Positions 24,001 to 31,914 of a stretch of 64,000 nt of DNA are shown one piece after another; the stretch's first letter is position 1, and each line of letters begins with the position of its first letter. The DNA is taken from positions 1,014-65,013 of the forward strand of contig JAUYFM010000022.1 in NCBI GenBank assembly GCA_030690945.1, in the 5' to 3' direction. This stretch comes from Smithellaceae bacterium (GTDB lineage: Bacteria > Desulfobacterota > Syntrophia > Syntrophales > Smithellaceae). The translations under genes and the position numbers were made by a program. The notes beneath the pieces were generated by a model. That model was not told the DNA's origin. It did not search any database and was given only the letters and a program-made list of their open reading frames with translations.

Positions 24001-24562
24001 ATATGCAGAACTCGATCAACGCAATCAATTTTTGACGACGCAGTTGGCCGATCTTAACGAGTCACTGTCTTCACTGCAAAGGACGATAACCCGGATTAAT
24101 AAAATATCCCGCGAAAGATTTGCCGAAACCTTTGCCGCCGTCAATGTGTGTTTCAAAGATACTTTTGCTCATATTTTCCCCGGCGGCCGTGGTGAGCTGC
24201 TCTTGACCGATGAAAATGATCTACTGGAAACAGGCGTGGATATTGATATTCAGATTCCGGGTAAAAAAGCGCAAAGCGTCAGCCTGCTGTCCGGCGGTGA
24301 AAAATCTCTGGCGGCGATCGCGCTGATTTTTGCCATTCTGCTGTACCGCCCGACGCCTTTCCTGATTCTTGATGAAGTCGATGCGGCGCTCGACGACGCC
24401 AATACCAACCTGTTTAACCGTCTGATCAGGGATGTTGCCGAGAAGTCCCAGGTCATTATGATTACGCATAACAAAAACACGATGGAAGTCGCCGACACGC
24501 TCTTCGGTGTGACCATGCAAAAACAGGGCATATCGTCACTGGTCTCCGTCAATCTGAACTAA
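21014..24562 (+). CDS. smc: Chromosome segregation protein SMC
   Basis: GPNGCGKSN Walker A, long coiled coils with a central hinge, and C-terminal LSGGEK and LDEVDAALD motifs. Confidence 0.97.
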   Translation: MKLKRLELTGFKSFRDKVVIDFSKGVNAVVGPNGCGKSNVVDAIRWVMGEQRVKALRGKKMDDVVFNGSEDAAPVSMAEVVMMLASNGSSFPGVYGELTEVSISRKVILDGDSEYCINRVPCRLLDIKEFFMGTGVGARTYSLVEQGSVSSLVEAKPEDRRLFIEDAAGVSKYKSRKDAAVRKMEATKQNILRLNDIHKEVKSQLGAIARQAKKAEQYKEVKLRIKETELVLSRQGFAKLAEKNVALQDARVRLSEQAEAIKTHMEAKESALEEMKAKLLENDELISRHQTELYEIKNSINIKEKNIEFSRRRMTEASERKQKNQAEIDSMEHKKSSLTVEIENLQKKAADAFNQMTQLQQDLDEGQQKVQGLLEGDREINSRLEEHKIRYIDVMQDLAKFNNIIASLNKNMEDFRKREEREIREIEQDKNRFAELTDKLQLLTEGLAAEEEEITRLAEQKETTADELDRAKSDLQMVEERITQIKEEAGGKSSRLQSLSEFQAAFKWSNEGVKKVIETQESPNTFYGVVADHINVPREYESAVEAVLGDKLQYVVVKNQEEGVRAIDYLKSYQLGRGSFVPVELRGHSADTYSAEHLQEAEPLLRKVIVEEEFKQIADCLLGDVLLTPSIATGITLWKKNGFRGTFVTPDGDTISPHGVLTGGSGSAVEKSLLATKREIAELVTEVSRLSVELEDQIQEKKKLVLSITRWDEELTGLKNRAHRLEIDMNGRKKDMERFEDETGRLKQRIAVLEYNRQNIKTEEAQAEQKLLEIKADVLRKEAAEKELNEIISVFNNRRQQSRAAIDAQERLLTDKKVLLASLAEKKEADLRTVARLQHDSSVNESEVARKQEEIISCERQMAELTSAVETDQTALQELYRNLASCETVLAEVKEKRAKEDDLLKVQENDIRDIKKKLDDLRRQVNELEMQCREVALSIENLQNVVAEKHNVDLAAIMTDFTMVDDDRIAELTALLEKDKQTIENFGEVNLLALNEYAELDQRNQFLTTQLADLNESLSSLQRTITRINKISRERFAETFAAVNVCFKDTFAHIFPGGRGELLLTDENDLLETGVDIDIQIPGKKAQSVSLLSGGEKSLAAIALIFAILLYRPTPFLILDEVDAALDDANTNLFNRLIRDVAEKSQVIMITHNKNTMEVADTLFGVTMQKQGISSLVSVNLN

Positions 24563-24700
24563 TCCATTCCTTTACTTTAGCAGCAAAAATCGTTATGAAT
24601 ATACAATAGCCTTGGCCGTTTTCATGCGAAGGGCTTCCCGGGGGACGTTTCGCAGGCCATTTCCCAAAGATTATTCTTGAAGAAAGGAATTTGTTGTTAA

Positions 24701-25612
24701 GTGGGTTTATTTGATAAATTAAAAGCGGGACTTGCCAAAACGCGCGAAGTCCTTACCATGGATCTGGATGATCTTATTTTAGGGAAAAAGGTGCTGGATC
24801 AGTCCCTTTTTGACGAGTTAGAAGAGCTGCTGATTACAGCGGATATGGGGCCGCAATTTACCCATGATCTGATTGATGATGTTCAGCAGAGGGTGAAGCG
24901 AAAGGAATTACAGGACGCCTCGCAAATCAAGAATGTTTTGCAGCAACGCATGATTGCGATCCTGAAGCAGATTGAAAGACCATTGGTGATTCCCAAGAAT
25001 CAGCCATTTGTCATCATGGCGATCGGCGTCAATGGCAGCGGTAAAACGACAACCATTGGTAAGTTATCTAATTTATTGCGTAATGATGGTCATGATGTTT
25101 TGCTGGTAGCCGCCGATACCTTCCGGGCGGCGGCCATCGAGCAACTGGAAGTGTGGGGAAAGCGTGTTTCTGTGCCCGTAATCAAGCAGAAAATGAATGC
25201 CGATCCCGCCGCTGTTGTTTTTGATGCAATCGGCAAGATTAAAGCCGGTTTTAAAGGTGTTGTCATTGTGGATACAGCAGGTCGTCTGCATACCCGGACC
25301 AATCTGATGGAAGAGCTCAAAAAGGTCAAAAGGGTTATCAGCAGGGAATTGCCGGGAGCGCCGCATGAGATATTGCTTGTATTAGACGCCACAACAGGCC
25401 AGAATGCTGTCATGCAGGCCAAAATGTTTAAAGAGGATATCGGCGTTACCGGTATCGTGCTCACGAAACTCGACGGAACGTCCAAGGGCGGCGTTGTGGT
25501 GCGCATTGCCGGCGAACTGGGGCTTCCGGTGCGGTTTATCGGCGTCGGAGAGGGCCTGGATGATTTGCGAACCTTCGACAGTAAAGATTTTACGGCCGCT
25601 CTGTTGGATTAA
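24701..25612 (+). CDS. ftsY: Signal recognition particle receptor FtsY (short form)
   Basis: GTG start; GVNGSGKTTT, DTAGR and TKLDG GTPase motifs. Confidence 0.95.
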   Translation: MGLFDKLKAGLAKTREVLTMDLDDLILGKKVLDQSLFDELEELLITADMGPQFTHDLIDDVQQRVKRKELQDASQIKNVLQQRMIAILKQIERPLVIPKNQPFVIMAIGVNGSGKTTTIGKLSNLLRNDGHDVLLVAADTFRAAAIEQLEVWGKRVSVPVIKQKMNADPAAVVFDAIGKIKAGFKGVVIVDTAGRLHTRTNLMEELKKVKRVISRELPGAPHEILLVLDATTGQNAVMQAKMFKEDIGVTGIVLTKLDGTSKGGVVVRIAGELGLPVRFIGVGEGLDDLRTFDSKDFTAALLD

Positions 25613-25635
25613 GATGTAGCTCATGACGGCATTCG

Positions 25636-26283
25636 ATGATGAATAAAATATTTGCCATCGGAGACATACATGGCTGTCTGGATAAGCTCCAGCGTCTTAT
25701 CCAGGACATCGCAGCCGATCCGGCAAAGGATACATTGCTCTTTATCGGCGATTATATTGACCGTGCAGGCGGAGGCAAGGACGTGGTCGATTACGTTTTG
25801 GGCCTCAAAAAGATACATCAAAAAGTGATCTGTCTTTGTGGAAATCACGAAGACATGCTGATTCGCTATCTGGAAGGCATGGACGAGGACATGTATCTGC
25901 AAAACGGCGGCATGATGACGCTTAAAGCTTACGGGATATCCCGGGCGGATGCCCCGCGTGCAAGAAAGGCAAAAATTCCCGTGGATCATCTGCGCTTTTT
26001 TGAATCGCTTTTGCCGTATTATGAAACGGATCAATTTGTATTTGTGCATGCCGGCCTGCTTCCCGGGATATCGCTTGGCGGGCAGTCTTCCCGTGACTTG
26101 CAGTGGATCCGGCAGGAATTTATTGATTCCGACTATGATTTTGGGAAACGAGTTGTCTTTGGACATACTCATTTCAGCGCGCCTCTGATTACCGATAATA
26201 AAATCGGTATTGACACTGGCGCGGTTTACGGCGGCAAACTCACCTGTGTGGAATTGCCGACTCTAAAATTTTATCAGGTATAG
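25636..26283 (+). CDS. Metallophosphoesterase (Ser/Thr phosphatase / ApaH-like)
   Basis: GDIHG, GDYIDRG-like GDYIDRA and GNHE motifs. Confidence 0.8.
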   Translation: MMNKIFAIGDIHGCLDKLQRLIQDIAADPAKDTLLFIGDYIDRAGGGKDVVDYVLGLKKIHQKVICLCGNHEDMLIRYLEGMDEDMYLQNGGMMTLKAYGISRADAPRARKAKIPVDHLRFFESLLPYYETDQFVFVHAGLLPGISLGGQSSRDLQWIRQEFIDSDYDFGKRVVFGHTHFSAPLITDNKIGIDTGAVYGGKLTCVELPTLKFYQV

Positions 26284-26285
26284 AC

Positions 26286-27191
26286 ATGAAAATTATCGAA
26301 TGTGTGCCGAATTTCAGCGAAGGATGCGATTTGGATAAAATCGAATCGATTGCCCGCGTCTTGAAGACATTTCCCAATATCCGCCTGATTGATTACAGCG
26401 GGGACAGTGATCATAACAGGAGTGTCTTTACGTTTCTGGGAAAACCGGAAGATGTGCTGGAAGCGGCGCTGGCCGCATCGGGTAAGGCCCTGGAACTGAT
26501 TGACATGCGCAGTCAGACCGGTGTCCATCCGCGACTGGGGGCTGTTGACGTGGTGCCCTTCATTCCGCTGGGAAGAACAAAAATGGCAGATGCTGTGAAT
26601 CTGGCGCATCTCTTCGGTCATCAATTATATGAACGATTCGGCGTGCCTGCTTATTTTTATGGCCATGCGGCGTTGATCTCCGAGCGCAGCGAACTGGCGA
26701 ATGTCCGGCGCGGCGGATACGAGGCGTTGGCGGAAAAGATGTCCAATCCTGGCGATGCTCCGGATGCCGGCAAGCCGGTATTTAATCCGCGCGCGGGCGC
26801 AACGGCCGTGGGCGCGCGCGAACTGCTGGTAGCCTATAATATCAATCTGAATTGTAATGATTTGAGATTGGCGCAAAAAATCGCATCCCTGATCCGGGAG
26901 AAAAGCGGCGGCCTCCCGCATGTGCGCGCTATCGGTGTCATTTTAAAAAGCAGGCATCTGGCGCAGGTTTCCATGAACCTGACGAATTGCAAAGAAACAC
27001 CGTTTAAAGTGATTTATGAACAGGTGGAAAAGCTTGCGGCCGAGCGGGGCATTGAGATCCTGGAATCGGAATTGATCGGACTGGTGCCCAAATGCGCTTT
27101 TGTCGGCACGAAACCACAAAACCTGAAGTTGGTAAACTTTAATAAAGACCGTTTGCTGGAAACGCATCTGAAGGATTTCGCAGGCAAGTGA
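26286..27191 (+). CDS. Glutamate formimidoyltransferase (FtcD N-terminal domain type)
   Basis: The N-terminus MKIIECVPNFSEG is diagnostic of the family, and the length is about 300 aa. Confidence 0.85.
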   Translation: MKIIECVPNFSEGCDLDKIESIARVLKTFPNIRLIDYSGDSDHNRSVFTFLGKPEDVLEAALAASGKALELIDMRSQTGVHPRLGAVDVVPFIPLGRTKMADAVNLAHLFGHQLYERFGVPAYFYGHAALISERSELANVRRGGYEALAEKMSNPGDAPDAGKPVFNPRAGATAVGARELLVAYNINLNCNDLRLAQKIASLIREKSGGLPHVRAIGVILKSRHLAQVSMNLTNCKETPFKVIYEQVEKLAAERGIEILESELIGLVPKCAFVGTKPQNLKLVNFNKDRLLETHLKDFAGK

Positions 27192-27202
27192 AGCGCCGGA
27201 AG

Positions 27203-27231
27203 TTGACACTCCGGGCAAAGAATGTTAAATC
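27203..27231 (+). promoter_or_regulatory. Candidate promoter for tRNA-Arg
   Basis: TTGACA (27203-27208), a 17-nt spacer, TAAATC, then a GC-rich discriminator. Confidence 0.35.
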
Positions 27232-27263
27232 GCCGCATCCTGCGGGAACCTGAAACCAAGGTT

Positions 27264-27340
27264 GCCCCTGTAGCTCAGATGGATAGAGCGACAGATTCCT
27301 AATCTGTGGGCCGCGTGTTCGACTCACGCCAGGGGCACCA
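27264..27340 (+). tRNA. tRNA-Arg (anticodon CCT), CCA encoded
   Basis: GCCCCTG...CAGGGGCACCA acceptor stem; anticodon stem-loop ACAGA-TTCCTAA-TCTGT. Confidence 0.9.
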
Positions 27341-27845
27341 ATAAAATTAAGTAGTTATATAAATGTAGCTAACCCATTTATCTTTCCATGCTACCCGATG
27401 AGCAATAGAAACAAAACATTTTCAGCAGTAAAATTTACAAATCTCCCCTACATCAATGCCATAATGTTACAATAAAACTAACTTACTATAGGGGTAACAA
27501 TTTGCACATAAAGCACCAGTCCCGTGGAAATATGGAAAATTGAACCTTCAGCAACGCCGCCAAGCCCAAAGCAACCGCGCGCCCTGAGCAATGCTCGACC
27601 TGCCGGAGCACAGCGGGCGATGTGCTTTGCTTTGTGCAAGGGGATCGACCTAACTTCCTTCCGGCTAAACACAAATTATTAATATCTCAAAAGATACAAT
27701 ACTTTATTCCGCAATCCATTATGTTATTTTCTCGATAATTATGATAAAGATTTTCCACATTTTAAGTACTCAGCAATATAAATCGATCAGATTATTATAG
27801 CCTCATCTAAAAGAAGATACAGAAGAAGGAATTAATAATTTATGA

Positions 27846-28094
27846 GTTATTCATCGATCAATTCGCCCGGATGGCAAGAAAATAAACAGCGCCATGTCCG
27901 ATGTATGGAATCGCGATCTGACAAACGACCTGCAAGCTATCCAGGATTGCGGCCCGCAAAGACAAATGGAACTGGAAAGCTACGGCTACCGGTTCCTTAG
28001 GATTAACAAATTCAATTTAAGACCTCAAATCCAGGGGCAGACGGAAAGGGATGTATTAAAACAGTTATTGGCGGAAAATTTTACCTGTCATTAG
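27846..28094 (+). pseudogene. Chimeric gene remnant: phosphatase-like fragment fused to the C-terminal tail of an REase/DUF559-like protein
   Basis: IRPDGKKINSAMSDVWNRDLTNDLQAIQDCGPQ parallels the fragment at 30083-30258. It then switches to ...LESYGYRFLRINKF..., a G(W/Y)xFxRI tail typical of DUF559-like ends. Confidence 0.4.
27873..27958. repeat. Direct repeat A (57-nt core 27902-27958)
   Basis: The core TGTATGGAATCGCGA(T)CTGACAAACGACCTGCAAGCTATCCAGGATTGCGGCCCGCA matches 30202-30258 with one mismatch. Weaker homology extends about 29 nt upstream. Confidence 0.9.
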
Positions 28095-28108
28095 TAAACA
28101 CGCGATCA

Positions 28109-28579
28109 TTGGCAAGGAGCCACGCTATTGCCGTCGAGCGTCTGGCGAAGGATTTGCAAAAAGAATTTGCCGGATCGACCGGATTTTCGGCGCAAAACCT
28201 GTGGTTCATGCGTCAACTGTATACGGAATATAAAGATTTTCCAAATCTCTTACAGCTTGTTAGAGAAATTCCTTGGGGACAAAATATTGCCGTCATGACC
28301 AAGATCAAAGACCCGGATGCGAGGGAATACTACCTGCGGATGACGGCGGAAATGGTCTGGAGCCGCAACGTGCCGGCCCATCAGATCAGTACAGACGCCT
28401 ATGGCCGCCAGCGGAAATCGGCCAAACAACACAATTTTCAAAAGACCCTTGCACCCACGCTGGCCGAACAGGCGGACGAGGCCATGAAGGATGTTTACGC
28501 CCTTGAATTTCTGGGCATCACCAAACCGGTGGTGGAGCGCGAGCTGGAACGGCGAAGTATGGGTAAGAATGTGACTTAA
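28109..28579 (+). pseudogene. Truncated DUF1016/YhcG-family (PDDEXK nuclease) gene; only the middle part is present
   Basis: ...GFSAQNLWFMRQLY...REIPWGQNIAVM...DPDAREYYLRMTAEMVWSRNV...VYALEFLG matches the central DUF1016 region. The N-terminus and the C-terminal nuclease core are absent. Confidence 0.5.
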
Positions 28580-28634
28580 TATTTGGCTTACTTGTAAACT
28601 AAAAGCTTACGTGATGTTAATTGTTAATATTTTA

Positions 28635-28663
28635 TTGACAATTAAAATATTATAGTTTATAGT
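28635..28663 (+). promoter_or_regulatory. Near-consensus sigma-70 promoter upstream of fic, overlapped by an inverted repeat
   Basis: TTGACA (28635-28640), a 17-nt spacer, then TATAGT (28658-28663). TTAATTGT...ACAATTAA flanks and overlaps the -35. Confidence 0.55.
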
Positions 28664-28770
28664 GTCTTACGTTAATTTGGTGTTAAATGTTATTTCGCGT
28701 TATGTAAAATATTTCCTTGCCCCGTTGGAAAAGTCTCACATTTCAAACGGGGCAAACATGGTGTTTAATT

Positions 28771-29925
28771 ATGGCGGCAACTTTCAAACATTTTGATCTT
28801 AAACTCGTTGGGCCTTCTTTTGATTCCAACCTGACTGATTTGGTTATCGAACTGGACTATCTGCGCAAAAAAGAACTTGGCGGTACGACCCATCCATTGG
28901 TATTTTTCCAATTAAAAGAGCTGTTTCATATGCTGGAGAGTCTCTGTTCGGCGCGGATTGAAGGGAACCGTACAACGCTTTCGGAAATTATCGAAAATCG
29001 CTTGGAAGGATCATCATCCGCTGATGAAAAAATACGCGAAATCATGAATATGGAAAAGGCGATGGATTTTATTGATAAAAATGTGAAATCTTTCCCACTG
29101 GACCGCGCTTTTATCTGCCAGTTGCACCGCCTGACGGTGAACGATTTGACACTAGCCCCGAATGGTGAAGGCGATCAGTCACCGGGTGTTTATCGAATAC
29201 AAAATGTCAATATTGCCGGTTCGAATCATAAACCGCCGGAATATTTACAGGTCAATGATTATATGGATGAACTGATCAGGTTCATCAATCAGCCGGTTTT
29301 ACCAAAATATGATTTAATTAAAACAGCTATCGCGCACCACCGGTTTGTTTGGATTCATCCCTTCAATAACGGCAATGGCAGAACGGTTCGCCTGTTCACC
29401 TATGCGTTGCTCGTCAAGCAAGGGTTTCATGTTGACACCGGCCGGATATTGAATCCGACAGCGGTGTTCTGCAACGACAGGGACAAATATTATGATTACT
29501 TATCTGAAGCTGATTCCGGCACAGATCAAGCAATGGCATTGTGGTGTGAATATGTCTTATCCGGCTTAAAGCTGGAAATAGAAAAAATTGACCGGCTGAC
29601 GGAATATAATTTTCTAAAAAAGGAAATCATTATTCCCGCAATTGCTTTTGCGCGTGAAAGAGAAGTCATTACAGACACCGAAGCCAGGGTTTTAAGAAAA
29701 ACAGTCGAGCTTGGCGTGATGCAGGCCTCGGATATCGGAGAATTCTTCAGGAAAAAATCGGCGCCGGAAATCTCCCGCCAGATTGCCCGTTTGAAAAAAA
29801 AGAAGATGTTGCAGCCGGAAAAAGAAGGTTCCCGCAAATATGTCATCCGTTTTGATAACAATTATCTGCTACGCGGCATTATAAAATCTTTGGATGAGAA
29901 AGGGTTCTTGCCGATAAAAGATTAG
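28771..29925 (+). CDS. Fic family protein (Fic_N + Fic + C-terminal wHTH-like tail)
   Basis: The Fic motif is HPFNNGNGRTVRLF, and the N-terminal SARIEG matches the (S/T)xxxE(G/N) inhibitory helix. The start is at ATG 28771. Confidence 0.85.
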   Translation: MAATFKHFDLKLVGPSFDSNLTDLVIELDYLRKKELGGTTHPLVFFQLKELFHMLESLCSARIEGNRTTLSEIIENRLEGSSSADEKIREIMNMEKAMDFIDKNVKSFPLDRAFICQLHRLTVNDLTLAPNGEGDQSPGVYRIQNVNIAGSNHKPPEYLQVNDYMDELIRFINQPVLPKYDLIKTAIAHHRFVWIHPFNNGNGRTVRLFTYALLVKQGFHVDTGRILNPTAVFCNDRDKYYDYLSEADSGTDQAMALWCEYVLSGLKLEIEKIDRLTEYNFLKKEIIIPAIAFAREREVITDTEARVLRKTVELGVMQASDIGEFFRKKSAPEISRQIARLKKKKMLQPEKEGSRKYVIRFDNNYLLRGIIKSLDEKGFLPIKD

Positions 29926-30082
29926 AGACTGTTACAGTGTTACAGGGGGCACGCTGTTACCTTATTAACTTCCTCCTTCAATTCTTCTGTAACCCGCACC
30001 GCCACTGAAGTGAATAGGGATGGGTCCTGGAAAAATTCATGGTTCATCCTTTGGGAATTGTACAAAAGCGGTCAAAATAAGC

Positions 30083-30258
30083 ATGATTAAAACGAGTATT
30101 TGTCATCCGCTGCGGATTGATGAGGTGCAGGTGCCCAATGGTTCGGGCATCATCGGGATGACGTTGTGTTCCGGCAAGAAAACAAACAGTACCATATCCG
30201 GTGTATGGAATCGCGACCTGACAAACGACCTGCAAGCTATCCAGGATTGCGGCCCGCA
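30083..30258 (+). pseudogene. N-terminal fragment of a phosphatase-like gene, cut off at the end of the converging ATPase gene
   Basis: MIKTSICHPLRIDEVQVPNGSGIIGMTLCSGKK...GVWNRDLTNDLQAIQDCGPQ resembles N-termini of bacterial dual-specificity/CDKN3-like phosphatases (from memory only). The frame then runs into unrelated sequence. Confidence 0.3.
30173..30258. repeat. Direct repeat B (57-nt core 30202-30258)
   Basis: Partner of 27873-27958, offset by exactly 2300 bp. Confidence 0.9.
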
Positions 30259-30263
30259 GTTTC

Positions 30264-31403
30264 TTACAGCAAGTCGGTCTCTAACAAATCCAGCGGCAAG
30301 GCAGAGATGTTCTTACTAAGCTGATACTTTTGTTTGCCGGGATAAACAATCCATAATTTAGACAACTGTAAATCGTCCATGGCTGTCTGCATAGATCGGG
30401 TAAGGCGTGGCGCGTCTTCATACTTGAATTCAACACCCCAGTTTTTGCCGCGGTTTTGCCAGAAAAGATCAAGCTCCGCGCCCGCGTGTGTGTTCCAAAA
30501 ATAAAGTTCGTTATCCTGCTTTTCCAACATTCGGCAGACACAGTCAAGCGCAAAACCCTCCCAGGAAGCACCCAGCTTTGGCCATGTTTGCAACTGTTTT
30601 TGCGTCTCGATGGAAGAAAGACTATGATACAGTCCGGAATCGCATAGGTAAAATTTGGGCCGCTTTACAAGCCGTTTACCAATGTTGACATGCCAGGGCT
30701 GGAGAATGCGGATCATAAACGTTCCCTCAAGAATGTCGCAATATTTACGCACGGTCATATCGGATACACCGAAAGATCGGCCCAGTTCGGCGTAATTGAG
30801 AATCTGTCCGTGGTAATGGCTGAGCATTGTCCAGAAGCGACGTAATGTTCGGGCTGGTATGTTGATGCCAAGTTGCGGGATGTCGCGTTCCAGAAATGTT
30901 GTTACATATTGATTCCGCCACACATGACTTTCTTCATCTGTCCTGGCTAGAAAAGACAGGGGTAATCCGCCACGCAGCCAAAGCATTTTGATCTTTGTCT
31001 CGTCAATATCGCTTAAACGAAAACCACCCAGGTAGTGGTAAGCAATTCGGCCGGCAAGTGACTCTGAGCTCTGGCGGATTAAATCCCGTGAAGCACTACC
31101 CAGAATGATAAATTTTCGCTTTTTGTTCTGATCGACAAGATAACGCAGCAACGGAAATAAATCCGGTATGCGTTGGATTTCGTCAATGATAATTACACCT
31201 GAAAGATCTTCGAGCGCAAGCTGCGGCTGATCCAGGCGGGCGGCGTCCCGCGGATTTTCCAGGTCGAAATAATGATCGGCGCCAATAGTCTTTGCCAGTG
31301 TTGTTTTACCGCACTGCCTGGGGCCGAGGATGGCCACTACGGGGAAAATTGCCATCAATTTGGACAATGCAGCTTGATCTTGCTGTCTTTTAATAATCTC
31401 CAT
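30264..31403 (-). CDS. AAA-type ATP-binding protein with DUF4143 C-terminal domain
   Basis: GPRQCGKTT Walker A, IIIDEIQ Walker B, and the architecture typical of the AAA_14/DUF4143 family. Confidence 0.8.
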   Translation of the reverse strand: MEIIKRQQDQAALSKLMAIFPVVAILGPRQCGKTTLAKTIGADHYFDLENPRDAARLDQPQLALEDLSGVIIIDEIQRIPDLFPLLRYLVDQNKKRKFIILGSASRDLIRQSSESLAGRIAYHYLGGFRLSDIDETKIKMLWLRGGLPLSFLARTDEESHVWRNQYVTTFLERDIPQLGINIPARTLRRFWTMLSHYHGQILNYAELGRSFGVSDMTVRKYCDILEGTFMIRILQPWHVNIGKRLVKRPKFYLCDSGLYHSLSSIETQKQLQTWPKLGASWEGFALDCVCRMLEKQDNELYFWNTHAGAELDLFWQNRGKNWGVEFKYEDAPRLTRSMQTAMDDLQLSKLWIVYPGKQKYQLSKNISALPLDLLETDLL

Positions 31404-31566
31404 GGCTGTAACCTAGCAGATCTACCTTGAAAAATCAAACATTATGTATGATATTTCAAGGTGGAAGAGGATGAGAATGATCTTTTGCGTGTTCCGGATT
31501 ATGTGGAAAAGGTGAATTCTTTTCCGACTGATCGACGGACACATAAACGGAGATGCTCATAGGTGG

Positions 31567-31896
31567 TCAGGTTCTGATATGGCATACGCCAAACCCGTCC
31601 CATTCACTCACGGGTTTTGCCGACCTGATGACAAAACCCGCTTTGTTCTGGTTATGCGCACAGGCGATCGTGACGTCTCCTGCCAGCTGGTGGATTTCCG
31701 GGCTCATGACAAATTGCAGACCGTCGGATTCATAAATCAGGTCTGCCTCGCGAACTCCATCCAGGCACAGGCCCAGTGAAGCGTCACAGCAGCCCGTGGA
31801 ATGGAGTTCGATGCGGATCGGCCGGTTCGACTCCTTCGTGGCCAGCGATAGACGGATGGCCTCACCCGCGCCCGCCTCCAAATGGACCAGTGACAT
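31567..31896 (-). CDS. HesB/IscA-like small protein lacking the C-terminal CGC motif
   Basis: ATG 31896 follows AGGAGGGA. IRIELHSTGCCDASLGLCLD...DGLQFVM parallels the IscA block [21 protein letters not shown]...KGVKVVV. Confidence 0.5.
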   Translation of the reverse strand: MSLVHLEAGAGEAIRLSLATKESNRPIRIELHSTGCCDASLGLCLDGVREADLIYESDGLQFVMSPEIHQLAGDVTIACAHNQNKAGFVIRSAKPVSEWDGFGVCHIRT

Positions 31897-31914
31897 GGTG
31901 TCTCCCTCCTTTTT

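Noticed and set aside
23249-24028. 259-aa minus-strand ORF inside smc. Similar long antisense ORFs lie within atpA (12409-12948), the metallophosphoesterase gene (25621-26172), the aminotransferase gene (54614-55408), acs (57257-57781 and 58436-59053) and the Fe-S oxidoreductase gene (61933-62628, 62827-63486).
   Set aside because: All are antisense to well-supported genes and have no motifs or RBS.
27640-27665. CCGGAAGGAAG on the minus strand resembles the SRP-RNA domain IV GGAA tetraloop region. The long closing stem of the adjacent patch resembles 6S RNA.
   Set aside because: The order of the flanking conserved SRP elements does not fit, and I cannot verify a 6S central bubble. I kept it only as a generic candidate ncRNA.
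31487-31494. GCGTGTTC, an 8-nt match to the tRNA-Arg T-arm region, as a possible attR for the island.
   Set aside because: It is too short to distinguish from chance, and no extended tRNA 3'-end repeat is visible.
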